From assembly GCA_963845755.1 (NCBI GenBank), contig CAWJTV010000005.1, positions 64,001-128,000 of the forward strand: a stretch of 64,000 nucleotides of DNA, in the 5' to 3' direction. Each line of letters starts with the position of its first letter. The first letter of the stretch is position 1. This document shows, piece by piece, positions 1 to 11,088 of this stretch. The DNA comes from an uncultured Planctomycetota bacterium. GTDB taxonomy: Bacteria > Planctomycetota > Planctomycetia > Isosphaerales > Isosphaeraceae. A program made the position numbers and the translations under genes. The notes below the pieces were generated by a model, which made no database searches, was not told the origin of the DNA, and saw nothing but the letters and a program-made list of their open reading frames with translations.

Positions 1-120
1 CAGAATACAGGGTCCTCAGCCGGCACCGGGGGTGCATCCAATAACCTGGGGACGCCGCAAAGGGGAGGCGTGGTCGTAAACCTTCTTGACGATGACGACA
101 ACTTCGAACGATTCTCATAA
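1..120 (+). CDS. 3' end of a probable methyl-accepting chemotaxis protein (partial)
   Basis: Frame 1 reads ...RGGVVVNLLDDDDNFERFS-stop. This is an acidic tail with an NWETF-like pentapeptide (NFERF), directly upstream of cheW-cheR-cheB. Confidence 0.65.
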   Translation, partial: QNTGSSAGTGGASNNLGTPQRGGVVVNLLDDDDNFERFS

Positions 121-242
121 GAAGTGGCCTCATTACGCCGTCAAAGTCGCTTATCAATTGCGGGCGGCTTTCCATCGGCAACCGGAATAACAGAGGAGGC
201 GCGGAAATCCCGTCTCTGGGTGGACGTCAAGGTGAAGGTGGG

Positions 243-752
243 ATGATGGTTGATGTCGTCATGGAAACTAGCGTGGACACCGAGCGGGATCACACGCAAT
301 CGTTCGTGGTCTTTCGGCTGGGAGGGGAAGGCTATGCTTTGGAAGTCATGCGCGTCCAGGAAGTCCTGGACATGCAGTCCTTGACGGAGGTCCCCGGCGG
401 CCCAAGATTCATGCTGGGAGTGATCAATCTCCGGGGTCGCGTGGTTCCAGTCTATGATCTACGGATGCCTTTTGGATTGGCGAGAGATTCCAAGTTGACA
501 CGGGCCCCTTGCGTCCTGATCGTTGAATCCTCGTCGAACGGCGTCGACCAGATCACGGGTTTGTTGGTGGACAGGGTATCCGACGTCCTTGAGTTCTCGC
601 CGGACGAGGTGCAACCCCCTCCTCAATTAGGACTTGGGAAAGCGACTCCATTTGTTCGCGGTCTGATACGTCACCAGGACGGCTTCCTGCTCGTATTGGA
701 TGTAGATCGTGTCTTTTCGACCCTCGGGTCGTTGAACGGTGAGGGAGTGTGA
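243..752 (+). CDS. cheW: Chemotaxis coupling protein CheW
   Basis: FVVFRLGGEGYAL...VQEV, GVINLRGRVVPVYDLR and GLLVDRVSDV motifs; chemotaxis gene context. Confidence 0.93.
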   Translation: MMVDVVMETSVDTERDHTQSFVVFRLGGEGYALEVMRVQEVLDMQSLTEVPGGPRFMLGVINLRGRVVPVYDLRMPFGLARDSKLTRAPCVLIVESSSNGVDQITGLLVDRVSDVLEFSPDEVQPPPQLGLGKATPFVRGLIRHQDGFLLVLDVDRVFSTLGSLNGEGV

Positions 753-1614
753 CGTGGCAACATCGGGCACGCCGTCACTCCCGCCGGAGATTGAAGCCTG
801 GTCCGAAAAGGACTTCGCTCCGATCATGACCTTCCTGCGCAACCAGATCGGGATTACGCTGGAAAGTCATCGAATGGGGTTGATGCAGGCTCGATTGCGA
901 TCACGCCTTCAAGTCAAGAATCTCCATAGCTTCACACAATTTCACGAACAGGTCCTCAGGGTCGAGCCGACGGGGTGGGGCACCCAGTTGTTGATCGACC
1001 TGAGCACGGTGAATCACACCGCGTTCTTTCGCGAGCCGGCCCATTTCACCTTCATGGCCGAGAAAGTCGCGGCATGGCTCAGGGAGTCGCCGAGCACGCC
1101 GATCCGGATCTGGTCGGCCGGGTGTTCCTCCGGCCAGGAGCCTTACAGCATGGCCATGGTCCTGGCGGAGAGCGTCCCCGCCCCAGCGTTACAGAAGATG
1201 GAGATTTGGGCCAGCGACCTTTCCCTGGAGATGCTCAAGGTGGCCGCCGGCGCCATCTACACGACCCGGGACGTCCAGGGAGTCTCACCGCAACGATTGC
1301 GTCGGTTTTTTCTCCTGGGGCGAGGCCCGCGTGAAGGCTCATTTCGGATCGTCCCCGAGATCCGGGACCTCGTGAAGTTCCGACACGTCGACTTGCGGAA
1401 CCCGGCCTGGCCGGTGCCCACGGATTTTCCCTTGATCTTCTGCCGGAATGTATCCATCTATTTTGCCGAAGACGAGCGGATGGCACTCATGAATCACCTG
1501 TCACAGCACCTCCGACCCGGCGGGTGGCTGGCGATGGGCAACGGGGAGATCCTTCCGGGGGTCACTACGTCGCTCCGCAAGCACTCTCCGTCGTTGTTCC
1601 AGAAGGAGGGATGA
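739..1614 (+). CDS. cheR: Chemotaxis protein-glutamate O-methyltransferase CheR
   Basis: TAFFREPAHF, RIWSAGCSSGQEPYSMAM, IFCRNVSIYF and LRPGGWLAMG motifs. Confidence 0.95.
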   Translation: MRECDVATSGTPSLPPEIEAWSEKDFAPIMTFLRNQIGITLESHRMGLMQARLRSRLQVKNLHSFTQFHEQVLRVEPTGWGTQLLIDLSTVNHTAFFREPAHFTFMAEKVAAWLRESPSTPIRIWSAGCSSGQEPYSMAMVLAESVPAPALQKMEIWASDLSLEMLKVAAGAIYTTRDVQGVSPQRLRRFFLLGRGPREGSFRIVPEIRDLVKFRHVDLRNPAWPVPTDFPLIFCRNVSIYFAEDERMALMNHLSQHLRPGGWLAMGNGEILPGVTTSLRKHSPSLFQKEG

Positions 1615-1620
1615 CCTTCC

Positions 1621-2735
1621 ATGGGTCCTCGCGAACGCCCCGGTCCGGTGCCGCCTTCGGGGGAGCCCGACCCGATCGAGGTCCTGATCGTCGACGATAG
1701 CGCCGTGATCCGGCAACGACTCAAGTCGATCGTCGAATCCGACGCGCGATTCCGCGTGGTCCTCGCGGCCGATCCGTTCGAGGCCGTGGAGCGGCTCAAG
1801 CGATCGGTTCCCGGCGTGATCGTGCTGGACGTCGAGATGCCGCGAATGGACGGATTAACCTTCCTCCGCAAACTAATGCGCCAGCATCCCATGCCGGTCG
1901 TCCTCTGCACGACGCAGGCGGAGCGGGCCGTCACCGCACTGGAGATGGGCGCCCTCGAGGTGATCGCCAAGCCCGACTGGAACAACGCAGGCCGGATGAC
2001 GGAATGGTCGCAAAACCTGCTGGAGAGCATCCGCAACGCCGCTCACGCCGGTCATCTGCCGCTTCGTGAGGATCGTCCGTCGGGGATGGTCGAACGTCGC
2101 TATACAGCCGATGCGATCCTGCGCAGCACCCGTACTCGCGCCACGCCGGGATCAGCGAGCAGATCATCGTCGTGGGCGTCAGCACCGGCGGCGTCCAGGC
2201 GCTCCACCAGTTGCTCCCCGGTTTTCCGGCGAACAGCCCCGGAATCGTCATCGTGCAGCACATGCCGTCGGATTTCATCCCCGCGTTCGCCCAGCGACTG
2301 GATAGAGATCCGACGATCGAAATGGAAGTCGTCGTGGCGCGACAGCATGAACCGATCCGCGCGGGACGGGCACTCGTGATTCCCGGCGACCAACACGGTC
2401 TGATTCGACGGGCGGGCGGCGGCTACCGCGTCGAGTTAGTGGATGGTCCTCCGGTCAGTTGGCACCGTCCCAGCGTGGATGTGCTTTTCCGTTCGGCCGC
2501 GCAGGCTGCCGGGCCGTTTGCTGCCGGCGCAATCATGACCGGAATGCGGGACGACGGAGCCGAAGGGCTCGTCGAGATGCGCGAGGCCGGCTCGTTCACG
2601 ATCGCCCAGAACGCGGCGACCTGCATCGCCTTTGGTATGCCCCGCGAGGCCATCCGCCGTGGGGCCGCGAAAGTGGTGGTGCCCCTCGACTCCATCGCCG
2701 CCACCATCATGGCCTGGGTTGCCAGCACTGCGTAG
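1621..2735 (+). CDS. cheB: Chemotaxis response-regulator methylesterase CheB (frameshift near 2130)
   Basis: The receiver domain (VLIVDDSAVIR, LDVEMPRMDG) is in ORF 1621. The esterase domain (GVSTGG, IVQHMP, HRPSVDVLF, TGMRDDG, FGMP) is in ORF 2172. Confidence 0.93.
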
Positions 2736-2802
2736 CAGTGTTCAGTCGTCTCTTGAACGGGCTGAGTTCGAGAGAAACTGAACACTGAAAAACGAACGCT
2801 GA

Positions 2803-3953
2803 TCAGTACGAATCCGAGCTGATGACCTCGCCACCACTGATCGACCCGAGTTGGACCCAGGTCAGCGGAGAGATCGTATTCTTCATGAAGTGGACCGAGC
2901 CGTCGCCGAAGAGGGTGTTGACCCCGCCGGGATGTTAACTTCGGGTACCGGCCCATTCAGTTCCCTCATTTCCCTGGTTGTTGCAGAGTAGCCCGTTCCC
3001 TTGACTGTCGCAAAGTGAGCCGGGACTCGGAGGGCTGGTGCCTAGTCCCGAACTGCCGAACGACGCGATGTTGTCCGCGGAATTATACTGCACCGCGTTG
3101 GTAGGAGGCGACGTCGCCCAGGGTTGAATCAGCGGCACATAGTCCTGGTAGCCGTTGGGCCGGAACCGCGTCATGTACGAACCCGCGCCGGGATTGTCGA
3201 CCCACATGGTTCCGCGGAGGTCATCCGCCGCCCCTTGCAAGAGCTCCGAGACGAACTGAGTATTGCTGGTCCCGTCCGTGATCGAGGCGATTCGGATCGT
3301 GATCGGGCCACTGCCGGACGTATTCACTCCGAAGGGAGATTGCAGGAATAAGCTTCGACCGTTGGTAACGGAACCCCAAGCCCCGAAGACCCCCTGGCCG
3401 TAATCGAGGTTGCCCCAATTCACACCGTAATTCCCTTTGGACGGCGACCACGGAAGGGCGGGAAACTGGCCGAAGGTAGCGGCGGAGAGTGCGGCAAAGC
3501 TGAAGATCTGCGGGTTATCGCTCGGGCACTGAAAGGAATTGATACGTGCGGTGAACACTGTGCTGTTGATGACGAACCCTAACACGGCAGGCCCCTCCAT
3601 CCCAATCGAGAAATTGAAGGAGTTCGAAAGGGGTCCCTGATCGATATACGGAAGCATCAACGTGAACCACGGAGTGTTCTGGCAGTTGTTATTGAAGCCG
3701 GGACTCGAACACATGGCTCCCGGCATACCACCGGCGCCAACCCCAAAGATGGAACCGCAGGGCAAACAATTATTGGCCGATTCGTAGTTTGCAATGGCCA
3801 GCCCAAGCTGTTTGAGGTTGTTGGTGCACTGGGCCCGTCGGGCCGCCTCGCGCCGGCTTGAACGGCGGGTAAAAGCAAGGCGATCAACACGGCGATGATC
3901 GCGATCACGACCAGAAGCTCGATCAACGTGAAACCGCGGCGTCGTTCTGACAT
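2803..3953 (-). pseudogene. DUF1559 (prepilin-type N-terminal cleavage/methylation, H-X9-DG C-terminal) protein, interrupted by a frameshift (~3850) and an in-frame TAA (2935-2937)
   Basis: N-terminus [26 protein letters not shown], then [25 protein letters not shown] and ITDGTSNT. Past the TAA the same frame continues HPGGVNTLFGDGSVHFMKNTI...GGEVISSDSY-stop. Confidence 0.85.
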
Positions 3954-4258
3954 GGTTTAACCCACCCCTGAAGTCAATCGGTGAATTCTGGATGAGAACG
4001 GGCGTACTCCCGCCCAGGGAACGAGAAGGGCAGCGACGTTCAGTCGGTCTCCCATCGACCAATCCGTCGCCACCATCACACTAACATGACTCTACGCAGT
4101 TTGCGAGAGGTTCCCTCGGAAAAACCAGGATTCCTCCTCGATCCCAGGAATTAAGATGAATCCCCGCGTCGTCGAATTCAAGGACCGACTCGAAATATGG
4201 ACAAACTTCATGTGTAGGACCGTACTTTGAGGCCAGCGAGGCCTTGTTTTCGAAGGGT

Positions 4259-7228
4259 CTATCCGGCCGCAGGACCGCTCTCGGAGTGACGAAGTTGTTC
4301 GGCGAGGATCTGGATCGGGTGCCACGCCGGAATGTCCGCCAGGCCGTGGAGTTGGCTACGGCACGAGAATCCTGGTGCGATCAGCCGGGCTGTGGGATCG
4401 GCCCGGGCGGCCGGGATCAAGACGCGATTGGCCAGCGCCTCGCTGACCTCATAATGGCCCACCTCGTACCCGAACGAGCCGGCCATACCGCAGCATCCCG
4501 AGTCGAGTTCCTTGACTTCGAGTTCAGGGATCCGGCGCAAGGCCGCCAGGGTACTGGCGGTGCCGAGCAATGCTTTCTGCTGACAGTGGCCGTGGACGAG
4601 CACGCGCCCCGGCCGTGGGGCCATCGGCAGTTCGGGTACGCACGCCGGGTCGGCGACGAACGCCTCGACGAGCTGTGCCGCCGCGGCGACCTCGACCGCC
4701 TCGGCACCGAGGTGAAACTCGCGGTACTCGTCGATCAGCGTCACCAGGCAGCTCGGCTCACAGCCGAGGATGGGCATCCCCGAACGGACCGAGGAGAGCA
4801 ACTTCCGGACATTCGCCGCGGCCAGACCGCGCGCCAGGGGCAGCAGTCCCTTCGAGATCGCGGGGCGGCCACAACACGCCAGACCCGCTAGCTCCACGCG
4901 GTATCCCGATGCCTCCAGTACCTCCACCGCCGCAGTGCCCACTTCGGGATTATTGTAGGTCGTGAAGCAGTCGTCGAGCAGCAGGATCGTACCGCGCGTT
5001 CCGGCGCGCGCGTTGGGCCGATGGCGCCGGAACCACTTGCGGAAATGGTCTCTGGCGAACGTCGGCAGTGTCCGCCGCCGGTCGATGCCGGCTGCTTTCT
5101 CCAGCACCCATTTAAAACCCGCGTTACGGAGCATCGCGTTGGCCAGCGGAGCGGTCGCGGCGGCGAGCGGGTTGAGCCGGAAGATCTGGCCGAGCAGGAG
5201 ATGGCCCAGGGGACGCGCCCGGCCCTGATAATGCTGATGGAGTACCTCGGCCTTGAGCTTGGCCATGTTGACTTTCGAGGGGCACTCGGTCTTGCACGCC
5301 TTGCACTGGAGGCACAGGTCGAGCGCTTCGTGCAGGCTTTCGTCGTCGAGCCCGCGATTTTGGCTTTGCAACTCGCCGGTCATGGCCAGGCGGAGCAGGT
5401 TGGCGCGCCCCCGGGTCGAGTGCATCTCGTCGCGGGTGACCATGTAACTCGGGCACATCGTGCCGCTCGAGGTCTTGCGGCAGGCACCGACGCCCGAGCA
5501 CATCTCCACCGCACCGGCGAATCCCCCCTGCCCCGAGAAATCCAGCATCGTGGGATCGGGCTCGTGAGGGAGATAGTTCGGACCGATGCGGAGGTTATCG
5601 CCAGGGTCCGCATCGCCCAGGACCTTGCCCGGATTGAGCCGGTTTTCCGGGTCGAATGCGTGCTTGATCGTCTCGAATGCGGAATACACCTCGGGCCCGA
5701 ACAGTTTGCGGTTCCAGAGGCTGCGGGCCAGGCCATCGCCGTGCTCGCCACTCATCGACCCGCCATACTCGACCACCAGGTCGGAGACCTCTCGGGCGAT
5801 CAGTCGAAGCGTCTCGAGGCCTTCCCAGGTCTTCACGTTGATGATCGGCCGGATGTGCAAGCAACCGACATCAGCGTGTCCATAGCATGCGGCCGCAACC
5901 CCTCGGCGCGATACGATGGCACGGAAACGGCTGTAGAATTCGGGCAGCCGAACGGGGTCGACGGCCGTGTCCTCGACGAAGGCGATTGGCTTGGCATCAC
6001 CGACCATTCCCATGAGCAGCGAGAACCCGGCCTTGCGGATCTTCCAGAAGTCGTCCTTGTCGGCGTTGACGAGGCTGGTCCGAACCCCCAGCACGTCCGG
6101 CCGCCCTTCGAACCGCCGAACGAGGTCTTCGGTCCGGGCGGAGAGGACGTCGGTCGAATCGGCGTAGAACTGGGCGGCCAGGACGGCTGCGGGTCGTCCC
6201 TCGGTGAAGTTCAGGTGCCTGGCAAATAGGGGATTCTCCGCGGCCAGGTCGAGGATCATGCGGTCGAGCATCTCGACGGCCACCGGTCCGGTTTCGACGA
6301 TCTCGGCCAGGCGAGCGAGTGCAGCGGGGATCGTGGCGAACGAGATGACGACGAGCCCCTGCGCGGCCGGCAGCGGGACCAGTTTCAGCTCGGCGGCCGA
6401 GACGACCGCGAGAGTCCCTTCCGCGCCGACGATCAGTCGCGCCAGGTTGAACTGCCAGGGCTCCTCCTGCCACCCCATGGGCCGGACCGGCAGTCCGGGC
6501 ACGAACTCGTCGAGGTTATAGCCGCTGACCCTCCGCAAGATGTGGGGGAACCGTGCTCGGATCGCCGGCTCATGCTGGGCGACCACCTCGCGCACCACGC
6601 GGTGCAGGGCGCCGACCCTGTCTGTTCGCTGGCAGATCCCATCGAGCTGATCGCCCGCAATGGGGCCAAAGCGTGTGGTTGTCCCGTCGGCGAGAACGAC
6701 CTCGACGGCCCCGACGTGGTCCACCGTCTTGCCGTAACGTAGCGAGCGCGCACCTGCCGAGTTGTTGCCGATCATCCCGCCGATGGTGGCCCGGTCGCTC
6801 GTCGAGACGTCCGGCCCGAACATCAGTCCCATCGGCTTGAGGTGGCTGTTGAGTTGATCCAGAACCACGCCCGACTCGACGCGAACCGTCAGAGCATCGC
6901 GGTCCACGATGCCGATCCGATTCAAGTATTTCGAGAAATCGATGACGAGGCCAGCCCCCACAGTCTGGCCCGAGAGGCTGGTTGCGGCCCCGCGGGCGAC
7001 GATCGGGACGTGCTCCTCGGCGGCGATCGACACGGCGGCCCTCACGTCGTCGGCCGTCCTCGGCACGACGACGCCGATCGGTTCGATCTGGTAGAGGCTG
7101 GCGTCAGTCGCGTAGAGGCCGCGTCGTCCCGTGTCGAAATACACCTCGGCGCGGGTCTCGCGGCGCAGACGATCGGCGAGATGGTTCAGTGCGAGAGAAG
7201 GAATCGGGCTCGGCTTGGGGTTCGGCAT
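4259..7228 (-). CDS. FAD-binding and (Fe-S)-binding oxidoreductase (GlcD/GlcF-like fusion, YdiJ-like)
   Basis: ARGAATSLSGQ, ATIGGMIGNNSAG, HADVGCLHIRP, SGEHGDG, CSGVGAC, CLQCKACKTECP, and CCG motifs (ACCGRP, GCCGMAGSFG). Confidence 0.9.
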   Translation of the reverse strand: MPNPKPSPIPSLALNHLADRLRRETRAEVYFDTGRRGLYATDASLYQIEPIGVVVPRTADDVRAAVSIAAEEHVPIVARGAATSLSGQTVGAGLVIDFSKYLNRIGIVDRDALTVRVESGVVLDQLNSHLKPMGLMFGPDVSTSDRATIGGMIGNNSAGARSLRYGKTVDHVGAVEVVLADGTTTRFGPIAGDQLDGICQRTDRVGALHRVVREVVAQHEPAIRARFPHILRRVSGYNLDEFVPGLPVRPMGWQEEPWQFNLARLIVGAEGTLAVVSAAELKLVPLPAAQGLVVISFATIPAALARLAEIVETGPVAVEMLDRMILDLAAENPLFARHLNFTEGRPAAVLAAQFYADSTDVLSARTEDLVRRFEGRPDVLGVRTSLVNADKDDFWKIRKAGFSLLMGMVGDAKPIAFVEDTAVDPVRLPEFYSRFRAIVSRRGVAAACYGHADVGCLHIRPIINVKTWEGLETLRLIAREVSDLVVEYGGSMSGEHGDGLARSLWNRKLFGPEVYSAFETIKHAFDPENRLNPGKVLGDADPGDNLRIGPNYLPHEPDPTMLDFSGQGGFAGAVEMCSGVGACRKTSSGTMCPSYMVTRDEMHSTRGRANLLRLAMTGELQSQNRGLDDESLHEALDLCLQCKACKTECPSKVNMAKLKAEVLHQHYQGRARPLGHLLLGQIFRLNPLAAATAPLANAMLRNAGFKWVLEKAAGIDRRRTLPTFARDHFRKWFRRHRPNARAGTRGTILLLDDCFTTYNNPEVGTAAVEVLEASGYRVELAGLACCGRPAISKGLLPLARGLAAANVRKLLSSVRSGMPILGCEPSCLVTLIDEYREFHLGAEAVEVAAAAQLVEAFVADPACVPELPMAPRPGRVLVHGHCQQKALLGTASTLAALRRIPELEVKELDSGCCGMAGSFGYEVGHYEVSEALANRVLIPAARADPTARLIAPGFSCRSQLHGLADIPAWHPIQILAEQLRHSESGPAAG

Positions 7229-7589
7229 CGCGCTCGCTCCGCCTCAGTGGTCGACTTCGAAGTGCGCGGCGAGAGGCCGTCGAAAGCCTGGTGATCGATC
7301 GCCGCCGGCTAGCCTGGTCGGCGATCGTTGACGATGCGGGCAAACGGGTAGCGGGACTCATCGTTTCCTCCCCTCGCCGCGGGCTCGGCCGCCGGTCCGA
7401 CGGCGCGTCCGATTGTACCATAACGCATTCGATCATCGACTTCGTCCAATTGCATGAGGCCATTCCAGGCCATCGCTTTCACAGCCTCTCAATAATCGGA
7501 CTCCCGACGCGAATACGGGATAGTGCGAACTCTGCTCGGCGATAGATCACCGACTTACAAGCCAACGCCTGCGTGCGAGGAGCGGCCCG

Positions 7590-7970
7590 ATGGCATTGCA
7601 TTATCAAACCGAATATCGGCTCGGGAATCGCGGACGAATCTGTCGCTCATACACCGGGTTCCAGGCGTTGATTGCCATCGTCCTGGACCTGGTCTTCGGT
7701 CTCGCCTTCGAGCTGATCACGATGGTGTTTGCCCTCGCAGTTCGCCTGGTGATTCTGACCACTCGTCTTGCTGTTCGCGTCTTGACGGTCAACTGGCAGC
7801 TCCTGGTTGCTGCAATGACCCTGCTCGTGTATCTCCTCACCCTTCCCTTTGCTCTGTTGCACAACGCCGTTCATCGATTCCGGTCGCGGGGCGAGAACGA
7901 GCCGCACGATCGCGACGCCTATCCCGCCGCAATCCTCAAACCGACCTGGGCACTTAGCCGCGAGGTTTGA
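7590..7970 (+). CDS. Hypothetical membrane protein
   Basis: 126-aa ORF with long hydrophobic segments and an ATG start. Confidence 0.6.
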   Translation: MALHYQTEYRLGNRGRICRSYTGFQALIAIVLDLVFGLAFELITMVFALAVRLVILTTRLAVRVLTVNWQLLVAAMTLLVYLLTLPFALLHNAVHRFRSRGENEPHDRDAYPAAILKPTWALSREV

Positions 7971-7983
7971 GAGGAGCGATCCG

Positions 7984-8472
7984 ATGGAGGTTTTCGCCTT
8001 CGCGGGGTTCATCCTTCTCGATCTGCTCGCCTTCGCGTTTCTCCGCTTGAGGCTCGCCTCGAACGGTTCGGAGAAGCGACTGGCCAAGGGCTCGCCGAGT
8101 GTTATCGACTACCGGAAGATCATCCGGATTGCGTCCTTCTTGACGCTCGGAATCGCGAACGCGTGTCTCCTGATCGGTCTCTCGTTCCTTATCGGCTCGA
8201 AAACGGACGCCTCGCCCCTCCCGAGATCCGACCCCTTCCCCATCATGACGATCACAGGGATTGGCTTTTTGCTGACCCTCGCCACCTGGGTCGGTGCGCT
8301 CGTCGTCGCCGCACTCGTCGCAACGATCCGAGCCGTCGGGGAATTCATCGACGCGGCGCTTGGCTTGTTACTCCTGCACATGCAGCGAGATGGACGACGA
8401 GCCTCACCAAAGCCGCCTCGAATCACGTGTCGGAGCGGCGGCGTTGTGGACGAGTGGCTCGATGGTCCATGA
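7984..8472 (+). CDS. Hypothetical membrane protein
   Basis: ATG at 7984 preceded by GAGGAG; about three hydrophobic segments; ends GGVVDEWLDGP. Confidence 0.6.
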   Translation: MEVFAFAGFILLDLLAFAFLRLRLASNGSEKRLAKGSPSVIDYRKIIRIASFLTLGIANACLLIGLSFLIGSKTDASPLPRSDPFPIMTITGIGFLLTLATWVGALVVAALVATIRAVGEFIDAALGLLLLHMQRDGRRASPKPPRITCRSGGVVDEWLDGP

Positions 8473-8482
8473 CGGACCATCG

Positions 8483-10038
8483 TCACGTCACGGCATCGGC
8501 CCTCTGCCTCGACTGGTTGAACAAAATTCTCAGCAGATGCATCGAGCATGCGGCCAGGGCGTCCCCGCGCCGGATGGATGTAAATCGACCTCGGGTCGAT
8601 CACGTCGATCGGAGGCGGGGGAGGTGCCATCTCGTAGCGGACGGGTTGCTGGTGGTCGGAGATCTGGAGCTGGGGGTTATAGACGCTGTTGAATTTCCAG
8701 AGCATCTTGAGAGTGTTGGTCTGGCCGCGGGCGAGGTTGCCGGCCAGGATGCCGGCCAGTGCCTTGACGGCCGACCAGCCCAGGTGCTTGCGGTTGAGCA
8801 CTTGCTGGGTGCGGACAAGCTCCCCGTAGAACTCGGCAAGCGGGAGTCGCGTCGGCAAGACCGCGTGCTGGATGTCGAAGAGCCGATAGTCGCGCGAGGT
8901 GATTCGCCGCGACTCGGTCAGCCAGCTCTCGGTTCCGGGATACGGGGTGTTCACGCTGATATTGACGATCTCGGGGATCTCCAGGCACCATTGCCGGATC
9001 ACCTCGAACTGACGGTGGTCCCAATCCGGGTCGGCGATGATATTGAGCGCGACCATGATGCCCAGTGAGCGGGCGAACTCGATCGCCTCGAAGTTCTTCG
9101 AGAGTGTCACCCGCTTGCGGAACCGCTTCAGGCCCTCCTCGTCGATGGCCTCGACGCCCAGGAACATGTACTGGAGGCCCAGGGTCTTCCAGAATCGGAA
9201 AACGTCCTTGTTTCGCAGGAGGACATCGCCGCGGGTCTCGAGGTAATACTGCTTGCGGATCCCCCGGCGGGCGATGGCCTCGCCGATGGCCATGCCATGT
9301 TCGCCCTGGATGAAGGCCACGTCGTCGACGATGAAGACGCCGGGCTCTCGGATCCGGGCCAGCTCGTCGGCGGCCGCCTCAGCGTTCTTGATGCGGTAGC
9401 TCCGCCCATAGAAGGTCCAGGCGCGTACAGAACGAGCAATCCCACGGACAACCGCGGCTGAACTCGATCGAGGCACAAGGGTCGAGGACCCCGATGAAGT
9501 ACTTGCGGCGATGGCGCAAGAGATCGCGCGCGGGGAGCAGGTCCTCGAGTCGTTTGATGAAGCCTGGCGCCGGCCCCTGGCCTTCCGGCGTCACCACGCC
9601 GGGCACTTCGAGCAAACTGGGGCCGTCGCCGTGGGCGGCCGCATCCAGCAGCGGGACGATCGAAGCTTCGCCCTCGCCCTTGAGAACGCAATCGATGGCC
9701 CCTCCAGCGTGATCGAGCAAATCCGGCGCGACGAACGATGCACTATGACCGCCGACGAACACGAAGGTTTCCGGTCGAATCGATTTCGCCGACTTCGCCA
9801 GGTCGATGACTTCGGGCACGTTGGCGAGGTAGTTGTTCGAGATCGCGACGGCATCCGGCCGCCATTCCCGCACCATTCGCGCATAATTCTCGACCGGTTC
9901 CACCTGGAGGTCGATCAACCGCACGTCATGCCCCGCGCGCCGCGCCGATGCAGCGATCAGCTCGATCCCCAGCGGCTCCAGCCGCAGGAAGATCTTGGTG
10001 TACATCAACGGACTGGGATGAACGGCGAGGATTCTCAT
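8483..10038 (-). CDS. hpnR: B12-binding radical SAM methyltransferase, probable hopanoid C-3 methylase HpnR (frameshift ~9425; 3' end approximate)
   Basis: N-terminus MRILAVHPSPLMYTKIFLRLEPLG, B12-binding region (FVGGHSASF) and CxxxCxxC motif RGCPWDCSFC. These are followed by WTFYGRSYR, YYLETRGDVL, TPYPGTESW, RDYRLFDIQHAVLPT and MLWKFNSVYNP, as I recall for HpnR. Confidence 0.8.
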
Positions 10039-10872
10039 TGTGATTCGTGGCAAGTGGTTGGTGGCTCGGGAATGCGTGGCCACGAACGCTCTCCGGCCAT
10101 TCCCTGGCCGGAGACCAAGAACGCGATCCTTCCGGAAGCGAGCTTGTATCAGGAAATCGTCAGGCCGGCTATAAGAAGGCAGCGGCTTTCGCTGAATTCC
10201 CCGTGGTTTTGACGGTACTCGCAAAGCAAACGCCGTCAAAGTCTTCTCATCTTTCGAGAGTTCTCACCGACCGGCTCCTGTGCTCGAGGGCGGTGCGGTG
10301 ACCCGCTCCGGACCGCGGGGATTCTCCGGGACGATCCGCGCACTCGTCTCGTTCGTCGCCGAGCGGTCGCATCCACCCCGGATCTCGGCACGGGTTGGCA
10401 CTCATGGACTGTTATTTGACAGGCCGCCCTCGCCGATCTCAGTGGCCCGAACCGATTTCGGGATATGTGCGTCCTGGCGCGGTCCGGTCCGGTTTTTGAC
10501 CCGCGGCTTTCAAAGGTCGAAAGGTGGATTGTTCAGGTTTGTGCACTTGATCTGTCTCGGAAGGCCGAAGGCGGAGAGTGGGGATCGTGCAGAATAGCGC
10601 CCTATGAGATAGGATGCCTCAACTTGGGAAAAACGTTAATGCACCTAGTCCCGAAATCGAGGATTTCGACTTCCGAACTCTCAATCGCAGAAGGAGTTAC
10701 GAAAAGTGAAAAAATATTTTTGATGGGGGATTGCGCATCGGCTACTTCTGCACAAATGAATAGAGAATTGAGGCAGGTAAGGAGCACACCGACGGACCCA
10801 CGTCACTTCCCATCCCGCCACCGCGAACGGCGCGGTCATCGGTGTTTCCGCTTTGGCGAGTAAGAACCTCTG

Positions 10873-11088
10873 GTTGTCCAGGGGAGGTCCGGGTTCAGAC
10901 CCACAGGAACCAGCGTTCACACCCCTTGAGGAGGCACCTTCGGCAGCCAGGATGCCCTCGTCGAGAACCGGATGGTTGACCCGGTAGCAACGCCCGAGGA
11001 GACTGGAGACGGCCCACGAAAGGTCGCGCTCCCGAGCGGTCCGGCGGCGGGAACGTGAGATTCCCCGACGCCCCTCTGCGCCGACAAC
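10873..11088 (+). ncRNA. Candidate ~215-nt rod-shaped structured RNA (6S RNA-like); strand tentative
   Basis: Nested complementary segments: GTTGTC/GACAAC, CAGGGG..GTC.GGG/CCCCGAC.CCCCTCTG, CGTTC/GAACG, CCAG/CTGG, CCTCG/CGAGG and ACCGG/CCGGT, around a large central weakly paired region. A -10-like TAAGAA lies at 10861. Confidence 0.45.

Noticed and set aside
8109..8482. Extension of the hpnR ORF through the convergent membrane-protein gene
   Set aside because: It overlaps a plausible + strand gene and has no family-like sequence. Probably read-through from a 3' indel.
10873..11088. tmRNA, RNase P RNA, SRP RNA or tRNA identity for the structured region
   Set aside because: Lacks the tRNA-like CCA end, the GAGGAAAGTCC motif and the SRP CAGG..GGAA..AGCAG core.
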